A DNA stretch of 53,824 bases, the filler included, from Jimgerdemannia flammicorona (Eukaryota): assembly GCA_003990765.1 (NCBI GenBank). It is 2 parts of 2 records of this genome, joined end to end, with 100 filler letters (N's around TTAATTAATTAA, not from the genome) between each part and the next. Parts side by side here need not be neighbours in the genome. Positions count along the whole stretch, not along the records: positions 1 to 26,863 come from RBNJ01000688.1; positions 26,964 to 53,824 come from RBNJ01000689.1. One strand, given 5' to 3'. The number at the start of each line of letters is the position of its first letter. Positions within the stretch are counted from its first letter, which is position 1. The notes beneath the pieces are model-generated. The model searched no databases and was not told where the DNA came from. It saw only the letters and a program-made list of their open reading frames with translations. This document shows, one piece after another, positions 23,580 through 37,961 of the stretch. The position numbers and the translations under genes are program-made.

Positions 23580-26500
23580 ACTCTCCCCTTCTTAGCTTTC
23601 GATGTCCTCGTCGGGGCCTTCTAATTTGTTCTAGTGTTGTTATACCATTTAGGAGGTCAAAAGTCTGGTAAGGTCTATTTTTTCAGAAAGTGGCATGCTC
23701 GTAGTACAGTTGCCTAACATGTTGGATTCACACGTTAAAGGGTCGTGTGTTCAATGCTGTGCGCCAGAAGTGATTCTGACATCATTCACTGCTGGAGAAT
23801 TTCCTCTAAAGAATCTTCTTAAATGTCTATGCCTTGTTTCCCACCAGTGGTACAGGGAGAATAGGCTTGCTTTCAGTTTTGCTATTTTCCAGAGGGTCGG
23901 TATTCTTGTCTTGTTTTGCAGAGTTCTTGACTTAGTTCGTGATAGTTATAATGTTCAGAAGGGTAATATATAGTATGTATGGATAGGTGCAGAGTTTTTT
24001 GGTTCTAGTTGTTCAAGGAATCATATTCCTGAACTAGGTTGGTAGCATTCTGGAGATTGGTCTTGGGTTCCCAGGTTACATCATGGATTGGGTAACCTTT
24101 CCATTTGACAAGGTACTCAGGGTGGTTCTTGTTACCACATTTATTGAGGATTTGTTCAACTTCGTATTCTTCTTGGTCATTTATGATGATAGGTGCAGGT
24201 GGTTTGGTGGTTCGGTTTGGAAATAGTTCGTCATCATTGTCATTGTATCGCTTGAGATGTTGAACATTAAAGACTGGGTGAATCTTAATGGTGTCTGGTA
24301 GTGCCAGTTTGTAGGAGGTTGGAGAGACTTGTGTAATGACTTCAAATGGTCCGATGAACTTGCTGTTCAGCTTTGTAGATGGTCTGTGCTTGAGGTTGTC
24401 AACTCGGTATCCTCTGATGTCCAGTAGAACTTTTTCTCCAATATCAAAGGTTTCTTCTCGGCAGTGTTGGTTAACATACTGTAATTGTTGTTCTTGAGCT
24501 CGCGATAAATTCTCGATGGCAATTTGGCTTAAATTGCGCATTCGGAGTAAGAATTCTTCAACAGCTTCGACTGTGGAGGGTTCTTCAGTGGTTTGGATAA
24601 GTGTCAACAGTGTGTTTGGATTTTGTCCAGTGTTGGCAAAGAATGGGGTCATTCCAAGAGAGGCTTGCTTGCTGTTATTGTAGGCAAACTCGACTGCGGT
24701 GAGATGTTCATGCCAATCATCTTGTCTGTAAGAGACATAGTTCCTTAGCATTTGTTCTAGGGTTCAGTTCATTCTTTCGGTTTGGCCATCAGTTTCAGGG
24801 TAAAAGGCTGTGGATAGTGCAAGTTTTGTTCCAAGGCATGCATGGAGGGCTTTCCAAAAGTGGCTGGTGAATTTTGGATCTCGGTCACTAACAATGATCT
24901 TGGGAAGACTATGATAGTGGAAGATGTTGTCAAACAAGAGTGTGGCTATGTCTGGTGCTGTTGCAGTAGTGATAGTGGGCACAAAGTGGGCTTGTTTGCT
25001 GAGATAGTCCACAAAGACAACGATTGCATCTTTTCCATTCTTAGTCCAGGGTAGTTGTACAATGAAGTCCATAGAGATTTGTTCCCAATTTGCGGATGGT
25101 ACTGGGATAGGGTGAAGTAAACCGGGTTTTGCTAGTGTTGAGGACTTGTTTCGTTGGCAGGCATCACAGGAAGTGATGTAGGTTTTGAGCTGATCTGCCA
25201 TGCGGGGCCAGTAGAAGTTTCAGGAGATAACTTCATAGCATTTATCAAATCCTAAATGTCCAGCTGTAGGGGCATCATGACATTCGAATAGGATAGTCCT
25301 TCGGAGGTCTTGGTTGTTTGGGACATACAGTCTGTCCTTATAGTAGATAGCATTATCCTTGAGTTGGTATTGATTGTACTGGATATGCTTGTCAGCATTA
25401 TCATTGTTCAGGATTTCTCGGAGTGCTTGAGCTTCTTTATCATCAACACATGCTGTAATGATTTGTTCCATGATAGTATTGGTAACCAAGGTTAGAGTTT
25501 GGATAATCTCTTCGATTGGTGGTCTGGAGATTGCATCGGCAATAATATTTTCCTTGCCAGGGCAGTACTGAATTTCATAGTCAAAGTTGGTGAGGACTTT
25601 CATCCAGCTAGCTTGCTTTCAGGAAAGAGTAGCCTGTGTCTTGATGTTGAGTAATGACTTGTGGTCAGTCAATACAGTGAAGTGTGCTTCTTCTAGGTAT
25701 GGTCGCCATTTGATCAGAGTGTCTACGATGGCTAGCATTTCCTTCTCATGAGTTGTGTAGTTGATTTCGGCATCATTGAACTTGCGGGAGTGATAGGCCA
25801 CAGGGTGTCCTTCTTGCATGAGCACTTAGGTCAGAGGCATCAGTAGTGACTTCGTATAGTAGGGCAGGGTTTGCCGCTTGAAGTACTGGTGTGGTTATCA
25901 GGGCATCTTTCAGTGCTTGAAAGGTGGTATCTTGTTCGGGTCCCCAATTTACAAGATTGTTGAAGTCTTTCTCTTGTTTCATGGTCCAAGGTTGTTCTTG
26001 TTTCTTGCTGTGCTTGGTCATTTGGGTGAGGGTGGTAGCGATTTTGGCAAAGTTGGCAACAAATCACCTGTAATAGTTTGCTAATCCCAGGAATGACTGG
26101 AGGTCTTTCAGCTTCTTCGGTGTAGGCCAATCTTTGATTACAGAGATTTTGCTGGGGTCCACTTTGATTCCATTTGGGGTGACAATGTGTCCAAGGAATT
26201 GAATTTCTTTCAGAAGAAATTTGCACTTGCTGAGTTTTGCAAAGAGTCGGTTTTCTCAGAGTTTCAGTAGTACTAGTTCAAGGTGTTCAAGATGTTCTTC
26301 CAGGGTTTTGCTGAAGACTAGGATGTCATCAATGTAGACAACAATGAATTTGTCCAGGTATGGATGCAGAATGGTATTCATCAGTGTCTGGAAGGTTGCT
26401 GGAGCATTAGTTAAACCGAAGGGCATAACCAGGAACTCAAAGTGTCCATAGCGAGTTTGGAAAGCTGTCTTGTAGATGTCTTCTTCTTTCATGGCAATTT

Positions 26501-26862
26501 GCCAGTAACCATTTTGCAGGTCAAAAGAGCTCATGAATTGTGGGTTGGTAAGTCTATTGAATATTTCATCGATCCTTGGTAGTGGGCAACAGTTCTTGAT
26601 GGTCTGTTCATTGAGATCACAGTAGTCAATGCACATTCGCAGGTCTCCTCCTTTCTTGACAACAAAGAGGACTGGTGTACCATAGGGTGATACACTGGGT
26701 CTGATGAATCCTTGTTCTAGGAGTTCATTAATTTCTTTCTTGAGTGCATCAATTTCTCTCGGAGACATGTGGTAGATTGACTTGAAGGCTGGTTTGGCAT
26801 CTGGGATAGTCTTGATTGCATGGTCTACTGCTCGTTTGGGAGGTAGGCCTTTCAGGAGCTTC

Positions 26863-26963
26863 TNNNNNNNNNNNNNNNNNNNNNNNNNNNNNNNNNNNNN
26901 NNNNNNNTTAATTAATTAANNNNNNNNNNNNNNNNNNNNNNNNNNNNNNNNNNNNNNNNNNNN
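26863..26963. other. Assembly gap with artificial six-frame-stop linker
   Basis: N run containing TTAATTAATTAA at 26908-26919. Confidence 0.97.
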
Positions 26964-29900
26964 TTTTTTTAAAGTCACTTAGACTTCCCTTTATTATTGT
27001 CTTCTATAATAATAATGATACAATATCACCCCATCTCTTCAACCAATACCCCTCTGATCTACTCTACCCTCCTCTACTCTCCCCTGCCAGAGGACAACCC
27101 AGTTACCCACTATCTGAATCCTTCTGCCACTTTTCTGAGAGATACACTGTACTAACCCCCTGTGACTCCCTACACCTATCTCCCACCCTCACCACCAGCC
27201 ATTCAAAATATCCAGTAATAACTACTCTCAATATACCACCCTATCCTCAACTCCCACCCACTGGCCCTCCTCAAATATATATACCCAATGCTCAGCTATC
27301 TCCACCCATATGGCCAGAGCCCAACTGAGGGTCAGCCATTCATCCTTGACCCATTCAACCAGCCTTTGGCAGAGCTCTCCCCATCTCTCCCCTTTCTCTC
27401 CCTCCAGGGCTTGTAGCCCTAACTAGTCTGCAATATACCACCAAAACACCCCCAAAATTTCACACTTACCAAGCCAATATTCAGGTATTTGTATCACTCC
27501 CCCTTCCTGTCTAACATCAAAGCACTCCTCACACTCAAATGTGCCACCGGCCATCAAGTGCCCAGACCGATAGTTCAACATCACATTCTACCATAGGACT
27601 CACCACCATATCACTCAGAATTTGGAGGGCAACCACTGTATCACCTGCTTGCTCCAATGCCAGAGACCATTCCAGTCTCACTCCTCACTAATACTAACTC
27701 TCTGCCAGACTTCAGGCCAAAGATCACCACCCAAACCCCACAAACACTCTATACCATCACTAAGCTAGAAGTCCTCCACCAAAGCTCTGCCCAGCAGTAG
27801 CCTGTCCCATCACCACATCTACAGTCCCCAATCCTCCTCTCCTTCATCACCCTATCACCAAAGACCAATTCTTCTAGCCCCATCTATCACCCTCCATCAA
27901 AAGCCCTTATACTGCATCCTCCTGCTCCCATCCATAGCCACTATCACAAGTAGGTCACCAGAGACTCCATGAGGGGAATACTGGGTCTCCCACACCCTCT
28001 GTATGAGCAGTACCCACTCCTGGCCCCTCAGCTCACTTGCCCTCCTCAGCCACCAGGTCCTCAAATAGTGAAGCTGTTTGGTAAAGTCCACTAAACCCAG
28101 CCCACCTCTTTCCACTGGTAGGGTAAGAACCTCCCAGCCTATCTGACTCTACCACTCTCCCCAGATCCACAATCTCACCATCTTCAATAGCCCCTTAACC
28201 ACCCAAGCCAGAAAGTCCAGATGATATTCTACATACCACAGCTTTGGTATCCAATATACATTCAGCACCATCACCCTTCCTACCAAGGATATATGCTGAC
28301 CACCCCAATGCAGAAGCATATTTCCCCACTCTAGAAGTCATTGGTTCCACCATGCATAGAGGAGGAATGACCCAAATACTGAGAAGTAGATCCCCAAGTA
28401 ATGTACTGACTCTCCTGCTAGCACCACTGTCCCAATCACATCGCCATCAATGATTCCACCACCTAGCACCAGAGTCTCACATTTGTGCTAATTGAGTTTA
28501 GCACCTGATCCCCTCTCATATCATTCAACAGACCTTTGTAGTTCCCCTACATCTACCAATGAGCCCAGTCCAATCACCATATTATCCACAAAGGCTCCCA
28601 CCTTCCAATTTATCCCTAGAATGTCCAATCCCCCAATTCGATGCCAGATCCTATCCAGTAGGGGCTCCAGGGAGAGGGCATACAAGATGGGTGACAGAGG
28701 GTCCCCTTGTGGCACACTATGACCAAGAGGAAAGGCTACCTCCCTGTGGCCATTGACTATCAAGGCTGCCTGACTGTTTTTCAAAAGATCAATCAATGAT
28801 CCATAAAAACCTGGGGGAACACTAATCTGTTTCAACACTCCCTCTAACCAGATCCTCCTCACTCTATCATATACCTTCTCTTGATCCAAAAAGACCAATT
28901 GGCCATCCACCCCTGCAGCCTAAGCTCCTTCAATCATACTATATATCTAAGCCATCTCATCATGGATCAACTGACCCCCGACAAATCCTCACTACTCCAC
29001 ACCAAGCATCTGCTGAGTGATTCTCTATAGTCTCAACACCAATATCTTGATCACCAATTTGCAGTCCATGTCAAGTAGCATGATTGGCCACCAGTTCTTT
29101 CAATCTTCCCATCTCCTCTTATCCTTGTAGAGCAAGGAGACCAACCCTAGGTGCTGGCCCCCAATCTATGTTCCAGACCAAAGAACCTCACCATACATAT
29201 CTGTTATTTCCTCCAATACCTCACCCACTCCAGCCATCTTCTTCCAAAAGTCCCAGAGAAGTCCATCCTTCCCCAGAGCCATCTTCTTATTTGTCATAGC
29301 CAAAACCTTACAAATTTCCTCTCCACTCACCAGGTCCCCCAAAGACCCCAGACTCATAGCAGAGTCTAGATGCCAATCCCCCAGCTGCCTCTCAATGGTC
29401 AAAGCATCCTCCCCCCCTTCCTCCTCACTCCACAGATCCTGTCAATGGGTCCTTAATAATTCCAGAATTGCCAGGGTCCCCACCACCATCTCCCCATCCA
29501 CACCCAGTACTCTATCCCACTGCTATTTCACTCATTGTATATATAACATCTGTGATAAAAACCTAGTAGGCTGCTCTCCCTCCTCAAGTCCCTGCCATTA
29601 CAGCCACACCACTATCCCCTTCAGCCTAACCTCCTTCTCCCTTCATAATATTTCCTTAAGCTCCATGACTTCCTTCTGGATCCTCACAATATGCCAGTCA
29701 GTCACCTCCCAATCCTCTAGCACCCCTGTCCATCTCCCCATGAGTGCCACCAATCACTGTGAGACCCATAGTACTCTCCACTATCACTGAACATATCTTT
29801 CTTTCTCTGCTTCCCTCCAGTACTCCTGAGTACTTGCCTTTAGCCTCCTCCAGTAGTTCCCAATCACCAGGTCCTGGTCCCACTACCTTCCAATATACCC

Positions 29901-32630
29901 AATAACCTCCTTTTCCCAGTCCACCCACAAAACCCCATCCTCTAACAAAGAAGAATTGAGTCACCAATGTCCAGGCCCATCCCCACTTCCCCCAAACCTC
30001 CCCCCTCCCAATAGACCTCAGTGATCTGACCATGGACACCAAACCACCTCTAGCAACATCCAGACATCTGCTTCCCAGCAATCTACCATCAATATCCAGT
30101 TAATTCTTGAGCCCAGCCCTGCCACTCAGTGAGTATAAATGTGATGATCATCCCAAAACTGTCTCTCTGAATCAACTAAAGAACTCAGTCTCTCTACCTC
30201 CAACCAGTCATCCAACCCACCACTCTTGCTCCTCATTTCTCTCCCTTCATCTGTCCTATCTTTCTTCTTATCTCACACTATGTTGAAGTCACCCCCCAGG
30301 CAGTCCAACCCAACCTTGTCTAAGATACCTGCCTTTTCAAACTGCAAATCCAATCCACTCATTCCCCTCTCTCTACTGGACAGTAATATGACCCCACTGT
30401 CAATAGGCTCCATCTAGACCTCTTCTACACTCTCCACACCAACTGAGACCCCCAATATTCAATATCCCCAATGTCCCCCATCCCTTTTTGAACAAGGATA
30501 TCCACCCTCCCCATCTATACTACAGCTCCCCCCCATTCCTTAGTCCAATCCTGTAAGTCCACATCTACCTCATAATGAATATCCTACAGCAAGAAGAGAT
30601 CCACATCTAGTCCCTTTAGCCATCCAAATATGAACCTCCTCCTAGCCACCTCCTATAACCCATTTACATTCAAAGAGAATATTCTAGTTATACTATTCAT
30701 ATTGAAAAAATGTTTGAATTCAAGATCCCAGCCTAGTATTCCATACTCATCTCATCTCTAGCCAGATCAAAGTACCACTCAGCTTTCAAGTTACCCTCTA
30801 CAATAGCTTGAGCATCTAATATCTCCAAAATTTCCTGACATTCCACCCCATCCACCACCTCCATCTCAGACTGATAGTCTATACATACTATTCTCCACTT
30901 CTCTAATCTCTTTCTCGAGCTCTACAAGTATACTGTCTGATCATTTACAATCTCCCTAAGTTCCTCCTCCCTCTGGTTATCCACTTGGTATTCAACAGAC
31001 CCCAAAAGAACTGCTAGGATCTCATTCCTCACCTTTCTTGGGATCTCTTCACTATGAAGAATTTCCTCTCAATGCCTCTCTTTCATAATCTGGAAGTCCT
31101 CTCCCCCCAGCTCCTCTACTGCCACCCCTTCCAGAGTCTTCCACAGCTACTTCTCCTCATCCACCACCTCTACCACACTCTGTACAACCTGACCACCCCC
31201 CACCTCTGGGTCCACCAAAGTGCTCCTCCTCACTGACTCATCCCACTCCTCATCCAGTATATCCAACAGCTCCTCCTCCCCCCCTGCCCCACTCAGGACA
31301 CTATACTGAGAGTACACTCCTTCACTCATTTCTGCATCTGTCTCTACACCACTGACCCTCTCCTCCCTCAATCCATCCTATGCCCCACCTTGGGCCACTC
31401 TGTTTTCCCCTGCCCAGGCACTCTCCTGTAATTCTGCTTTTCCATCCCCTGTGCTACTGCCTGCCCCACTACTGCCCAACTTCACCAGCAGCTCCTTCTG
31501 GATTTTCCTCCCCTGCATCTTCTCCCAGGTCATCTGATCCATTCTGACTCTCTTCCCATTGACTACTTCCACCACCATCCTTGCCTTGTACTCCTTCCAA
31601 GCCAATCTCCTCCTCTTGACCACTTCTTCCAGGTCCTCCAGAGCCTCAAGCAAGTCTTCCTCCTCTTCCAGAGTCCCCTTCACCCTTGTGACCTTGCACT
31701 CTACCAGTCCCCACTTCAGAGTCACCAGCCAGTCCCTCATCTTCCCCATGTTCTCCTTCCAGCTGGCCTCACCCAGATATCAACATCACTAGTCTGAAGC
31801 TCTGTACCCTCCCAGACCTTGAACCTGACATCTACAATCTCCCCATACTCCTTAACTACCTCTATAATCAACTCTCTAGCCCTCTCTCTTAACACCATAG
31901 GAAGATCCAACACTGTCAACTACATCACTCAGGGGTCCCAGTGCATGCACCTGGCCATCAGGACCACAACTCCACCCACTGTTACCTCTTTCTCCATAGC
32001 TGCCAGCAATGCTTCTTCTTTCTCAAACCCCATCTTGACCTCTTCTTTCCCTTTCAAAAACTTCACCAATACTGCCCCTTTTGCCTCCTGTGCCACCAGC
32101 CCAAGATCATCCTCACAGTTACTGCCAAGCCTCTGAAATACATAGTGATGGTAAATTCTGATCTTGATTTCTTAAGTAACAGTACTGACACTATGCCTGT
32201 CACTCCATTCACCAGATCCCTGGTCCTTGTGCCCACTCTCTGTCTCAAACCAGCAACCACTGTCACATCTGGATTTTTTGCCAAATTCCCAGTTATAGCC
32301 CCATCAACAGTCATATCTCCAGCCCTTACTCCCCCCCCTCCCCTACCACCGGACACTCCTCTGAGCACTTCTCCCTGACCCCCAGCAGTAGCTATCAACG
32401 CCTTCCTCAGGCCTAGCCAACTATCTAGACCAGAGGCCATTCTCCCCATCTTGACTATGCTAGTAAAGGTTGACCTCTCTCCTCCTCTCTGCCTCAGGCC
32501 ACCCCTCCCTCTACCACCAGAGCCTTGGCCAGCCATCGAGGCCCCTGGTATCCCCAAACTATCTCCCCTCCTCCCCACTTGCTGCCAGCCAAAGGCACCA
32601 CTGCCCCCCTGGCCAGTATGCTCACTAGAT
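26964..32630 (-). mobile_element. L1/Tx1-like LINE copy B, near full length (ORF1, APE, RT, C-terminal Cys motif, probable poly(A) end)
   Basis: RT motifs FLDQEKVYDRV, VPQGDPLSPILYALSLEPL, AFVDN and ERGGLGL. APE GDFN and GPGHW. T-run at 26964 beside the gap. ORF1 GNLAKNPDV. Confidence 0.9.
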
Positions 32631-32699
32631 CAATCATTACCATCTATGTTAATAGTTGTCTATTATCAAAAATGTTGTGAAAAGTATTGTCTGAGTCTT

Positions 32700-34260
32700 G
32701 TATCATCTGAATGTTACCAGTGAAAGGTATATATTTTCATTAAATATGAATGGCTTAAGAAGTGCTCAGAGATAATATAATATTTTTACTTAGCTAAAGA
32801 AATTAGAAGCTGATCTTTTTCTTTTGCAGAATGTACAATATAAGGAGAATCTGAATTGACAGGAGTAGATGAGAAAATAGAGAGGGGTAGCAGTATAGAT
32901 GGGTAAGGTTGGGATACTGGTACAGAAAGAGTAAGGTAAAATATATAATAACAGAAATTGAGAGGATCATCTGATTTGAGGGGAATGATATTGGCTAGAG
33001 TAAGAGCTAATTGTAGTTGGATCTTATTACTGCTCTGCTGTTAGAGATGAGCATGTAGAGTAGATTGCTGGTCTTTTGGATAGTAGAGCACTTGCAGAGA
33101 CTAGAGTGTGCCAATATTGGTATTTATACTTATTTTTATTCTTCTTCTTATTCTTATAATAGTAGTCATTTTGTATATATCTATACTTACTATAGTAATA
33201 GTAGTTTCTATCAAATTTTTTACATTTTTGATCTTATTGATACTTCTTATCTCATCTTTATAACCTATAGAATGTTTTCTCATTATTATCATTATTACTA
33301 TTTTCTTGATACATCTCTTTATTGATGAGACTTATTGTTATATGGATATAGTTTATGAGTTTTCTGCTCTTATATATAGCTGTTACTATAATATTATATA
33401 CCTTAAAGAGGTCTTATACATATAAGAGTCAGAATCTTATCTTTATTACTAATATACTCTACTGGTATACATACTTAGAGAATTCATCTGATTTACTAAA
33501 TTATCAATATGATTGATATATTTATAGATACTCTTCTTAGGTTTCATTTATAAATAAAATAGCTAAGATTTTAGATAGAATTAATTTAATAAGAATACTT
33601 ATATATGATGATTGCATAGAGTCTCTCATATATTGTAGGCTATTATAGTATATATTATAAGCTTTATTTGCTAGTTTGATAATATGAAGATAATCTCTTA
33701 TAATACTTAGTAATTATTTGTAATATCATAATCTTGAATCTGTATCTATAGTTTTATATACTCTACTAAGCTACACTCCTTTAAGAGATTACTTATATAG
33801 AATACTCAAATAGTATAATTTTTACTATTAAAGATAGAAATCAACCTCTTGACTATATTTATATTTACTATAGAAACTGTGATCATCATATCCATTCTAG
33901 AGATACTTATGTCTATTGTATTTAGTATACTTATACTTGTACTAATTTCTTGGTTTATCTATACTGATATTTTGACATAGAGTCTTAGAGAGATATTTCT
34001 TATTAACTACTCAGCAGGGCTTATAACTTTTGTTATAACTTAGTAAAGTAGGGAGAAGAGGAGAGAGTGGAGTATTTTTTATTATTCTAGATAGTATATA
34101 TTTATATATTGAGTAATATAACTCAAAGATGATATAGTTATATATATAAGTCATATTATTAAGATATCAAAATAAAATTTCAATATTTATATAGAGTGAG
34201 GGCTAAAGACTTAGTAGTTGGAGATTTAAACTACTTAGGAGAAAACTCTTATTATCTTGA
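32700..34260 (-). mobile_element. Heavily mutated AT-rich Gypsy gag/protease relic
   Basis: Residual VSIDI (PMDID-like gag end) near 33180 and general composition; no intact motifs. Confidence 0.35.
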
Positions 34261-34288
34261 GTAAGCTTACTAGTAATAACTATACCTA

Positions 34289-34390
34289 TCTCTTCATTAG
34301 TATTGAAATGTAGCCAAATTTGGCTGCAAAAAAAAAAAAAAAAAACTGGGGTAATTAAGTCAATAAAAAAAAAAAAAAAAAAAAATAGTA
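34289..34390 (+). mobile_element. Partial copy (5' end) of the palindrome-bearing mini-element at 38529
   Basis: A|TCTCTTCATTAGTATTGAAATGTAGCCAAATTTGGCTGCAAAA matches 38529-38570 with transitions only. Confidence 0.6.
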
Positions 34391-34699
34391 AGTTTGTCTA
34401 TTGATGATAGCTCTTCTACTGATAGCTCTCTCTTCCTCTTTCTGCTGAAGTAAATGTGGGACAGGAGGGATCCCTCAGTATATTCATCCAGACTTTGGCT
34501 GGAACCTTGTAGTGGTGCATAGTTTTTCCAGTACACTTTGATTATAGTCTACTTGGTTCTCTCAATGAAGTACTACTTTCAGCCCTGATCTTTATGGTAT
34601 TGTAGCTTTAAGTATAGGTCCAACACTGTTCAGAGAAAAGAAGAGTAAGTTTTTGTGGGGGTTTTCTCTGTTTTGGAAGAGGCAATGGCCACATGCTGA

Positions 34700-34830
34700 C
34701 ATATCTATACTGATTGAGTATACAGTAGTATCTGTTTTAGAGTAGTATTTTCTGAGCTTGTCCTCTAGTCAGTCAATCAGAAGGTTGTATACTGGTATTG
34801 CAGAGCTTATTGTCAGGGTCATTTGTTTGA
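34700..34830 (-). mobile_element. hAT transposase fragment
   Basis: Minus strand reads TLTISSAIPVYNLLID*LEDKLRKYYSKTDTTVYSI, resembling the conserved YPT.S...P.YN.L.D / KL.KYY segments of Ac-like transposases. Confidence 0.6.
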
Positions 34831-34959
34831 CTATATCCTTCATACAATTATCAAAACACTGGCAGTTATATATGGTGAGGTATTGCATTATGTGGAGGCA
34901 GACAAAATAAGTGTAGAGTTAGAGCAATCACTACTTACTTCCAAAACCCTGACAATATT

Positions 34960-36990
34960 CCTAAGTATGTCTCACTCACTTTCACCTAGAGTCTTGTCTC
35001 ATATTTCCTTATCAGTAGCCACCATTGTAAGTCCAAGTCATGTTTAGCAGCCAGTACCTTCTCTTCCACTACCCATGCCTCCAGTCTGACCAGAAGTTTA
35101 GCCATCTTCCCATCCTCTTTTTTCTTGAAATCCTCATGATATTTCAGGCATGCCTCCTGCCAGAGTTGCAAATCATGATGCTCTGCCTAACAGTAGGCAG
35201 CTCACTCACCAGCAATGACCACTAGCTCAGCCTCTCTTTCCTTATCAACCTCATATCCCTCCTTCTTCAGAAAAATCACAAGTATCTCTGCCTTTAGTGC
35301 CTTCACTACCCCATCTCCATGCAGAATCTATGCCCAATGATCCTTACTTATCACTCGCAGGTCCACTTCTCCCAACTCTTCAGCTATGAAGTTATCTATC
35401 ATCTTGCTTATCTATCTCCTTCCCTCCAGACATCTCTGGTCTCCCTGTATCCAGCATCATGGTATCTGTCCCTACACTGGCAGTCTCATCCCACCCCTCC
35501 TCTGAGATATCCACCAGCTCATCCTCACCAACTGCCACTACCTGTCCTCCTTTCATCACATCTAAAACCCCAAAGTATATCCACTAATTGCCCCTTATCA
35601 GCTCATCCTCTGCCACCTGACCCCTCACAGCTGGACTCTGCCTGACCAATAGGGGGGTGTCATCAATGACTGGTTTCCAGACTTCAAATATACCATTAGC
35701 AAAAGAGTCTTTGTGAGGTACCTTCCCAGCTCCTTCCAGGCCCTCCTCTATATCTCCTCCTCTCTTACTAGCCCAGACACTTGCCTCTACATTCTCAGAC
35801 TTCTCAGTACCCCCAGCCTTTATCTTTATCCCTCCTTCTATGCTTACCAGCAGCTCCCTCTACCTCTGGCACCCTTGAGCCCTCTCCCACTGCCTCCTAT
35901 CAGTATGAATATGCTTCTCGTCAACAATCTCTAGATGTATCAACTCTATATACAACTTCCAGGCCTTTGCCCTCTACTCAACAGTACTACTCAACTCCTC
36001 TAGAGCCTTCAACAAGACCTCCTCCTCCTCTTCACTCCTTTTTATCCTTGATACCTTGCAGACAAAAGTTCTCCACATTAATACTGAAGGCCAGTTACTC
36101 ATCTTCTCTGTGGCCTCTCTCTCAGCCAGTCTAATCCTGACATCTACATCACCCATCCTGAAGGTGGTCTCCTCCCATATCTGAAAACTGATATCAACCA
36201 CATTGCCATACTCCGCCATCACCTCCTCCACCCTCCTCCTAGTCTTATCCTTTGTCACTGTGGGCACTCTCTTTACTAGTAACTGCACCACCCTGGGGTC
36301 CCATCTCAAGCACTTCACTATAGAGATCACTACCTCCCCTATAGCTACTCTAGACTTCAAAGCCTCCTCCAATAGATCTGCCTTCTCAAAGCCCACCTCC
36401 ACCCCCTCCAACCCCTTCAGAAACTTCACTGAGACCACTCTAGCCATCTGCTCTAATATAAGCCCCAGAACCATCCTCACCATCACAGCCAAGCCCCTGA
36501 AACACAAGGTCACCATGAACTCCAAAATTGACTTCTTGAGCAATAGTGCCACCACTAGCCCCATCACACTATCAGTCAGGTCTCCCTTCTGCTTCAGGTC
36601 CATCTGCCTAGCCCTTCCATCAATAGTCACATCTGGATTTTTTTTCAGATTCCCAGTCATGCTACCATCAGCAGTCCTGCTACTACTCTCAGTAGCTACT
36701 CCACTAGCCCCACCTCTCACCAGCTGAGGTCCAGCACCTCCAGCTTTCCCAACCTTCTGCTTTCCCTTCCCTCCTGCCTGCCCACCCTGAGTTCCCACCA
36801 GCCAACCTCCAGCCCATAGTATATCTGCAAAGCTTCTCTCCTTCTGCCCTCCAGTTCCACTAGTAGTGCCACTTCTACTACCCAAGCTGTCCTGCCCACT
36901 CTGACCACTGAAAGACCCCATTCCTAATCTATACCCTTGCCTGACATGTTGTCAGTTAAAGGCCCCAGGTCTACCCAATCTAGTATACAT
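34960..36990 (-). mobile_element. L1/Tx1-like LINE copy C (5' UTR and ORF1 only)
   Basis: ORF 35974..36921 with GNLKKNPDV and an RRM-like VVQLLVKRVP..EYGNVVDI..GDVDVRI segment. 5' leader motif shared with copies A, B and D. Confidence 0.85.
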
Positions 36991-37119
36991 ATCTGCTTGC
37001 TTACTGGTTGCTATTGCCTTAGTACCTTTCTCCAATAAATAACTTGAAAGTATGTTATAAAAGTGTGTGTAATATGAATTATAGTAGAGAGAGGTGAGTG
37101 TAGACTATCTGTAGGTCCT

Positions 37120-37175
37120 CAGTACCTGTGGTGGGGCCCTCTGATATTGGTAAGCTTCCCAGTGAGCACAGTTCT
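37120..37175 (-). repeat. Segment shared with the Gypsy element at 19252-19310; likely part of a related Gypsy relic (~37060-37930)
   Basis: CAGTACCTGTGGTGGGGCCCTCTGATATTGGTAAGCTTCCCAGTGAG versus CAGTATCTGTGGTGGGGCTCTCTGAGCTTTGGTAAGCTTCCTGGTGAG. Confidence 0.6.
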
Positions 37176-37961
37176 GCTATAGATGACTGCTTTTCAGATA
37201 ATGTCAGGATGGGAGGGGAGATGGCTGTTATAGATAGATGGAAGGATGATAATGGTGAACCAGTAGGGTGTCAGGCTGGGGGCAGTCATCAGAACTAGAG
37301 TGAGTGCTGCTTTGGTGGGGCCTTTTGATTGGTACAGAGCAGTTAGGTAGTAGGTATCACTCTCAGCTTCTTTTGGCAATTTGGCAGATTGGGTTCTAAT
37401 TGTTGAGGGGGTCAGAGGGCCTGAGACTACTCATTTTAGGTATCTTGGCTATACTTAACTAGAATCAGAAGCTGATATGGTAATGTGATTGAGACCCATA
37501 GGCTTGAGTAGTGGGGTATTGGGGGTCTCCTTCTACCTCATATGTAAGTTCTCTACTTACCTCATCTGGAAGAACTAGGTCCTATCTACCATAATGTACT
37601 TTGATGAGGGTTTTTTCTTTACTTGTTATTCTCTTTGGAGTGGCAGGGGCTTTTCTATTTGACTCAGACATGGCCTTGTACATATATTGGGGTTTTGGAC
37701 ATATGCTTTCAGTTATTAGTATATAGCTGAGTTCCCCCTGATGGTAGAGAGAGCATGGTATATAGAATGAGGTGCAGACCAATATAGGCCCTACTATATC
37801 TAGTATAGTTGAGCTGCTGGACAATAGTTAGCCTAGGTTAATAGAGGAGTAGTGCATAATGGGTGGTGGGAGAGAGTTTTGGCCTATATAGTCTAGGTTC
37901 TCCTCTAATAAAAATTTGTGGAATATTGAGTCTATTAAAAAAAAAAAAAAAAAAAAAAAAA

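Larger units (their letters stand above)
21516..26862 (-). mobile_element. Chromovirus family A, younger copy: RT-RNase H-integrase-chromodomain, PPT, 3' LTR; 5' part lost in the gap
   Basis: [19 protein letters not shown] (26256..26768), RNase H (25619..25825), integrase H..H..CDAC and IVSDRDPKFTSHFW, GPF motif and chromodomain (24005..24751). PPT at 23580-23593. Confidence 0.95.

Noticed and set aside
26908..26919. TTAATTAATTAA palindrome
   Set aside because: Embedded in Ns; an artificial contig linker, not biology.
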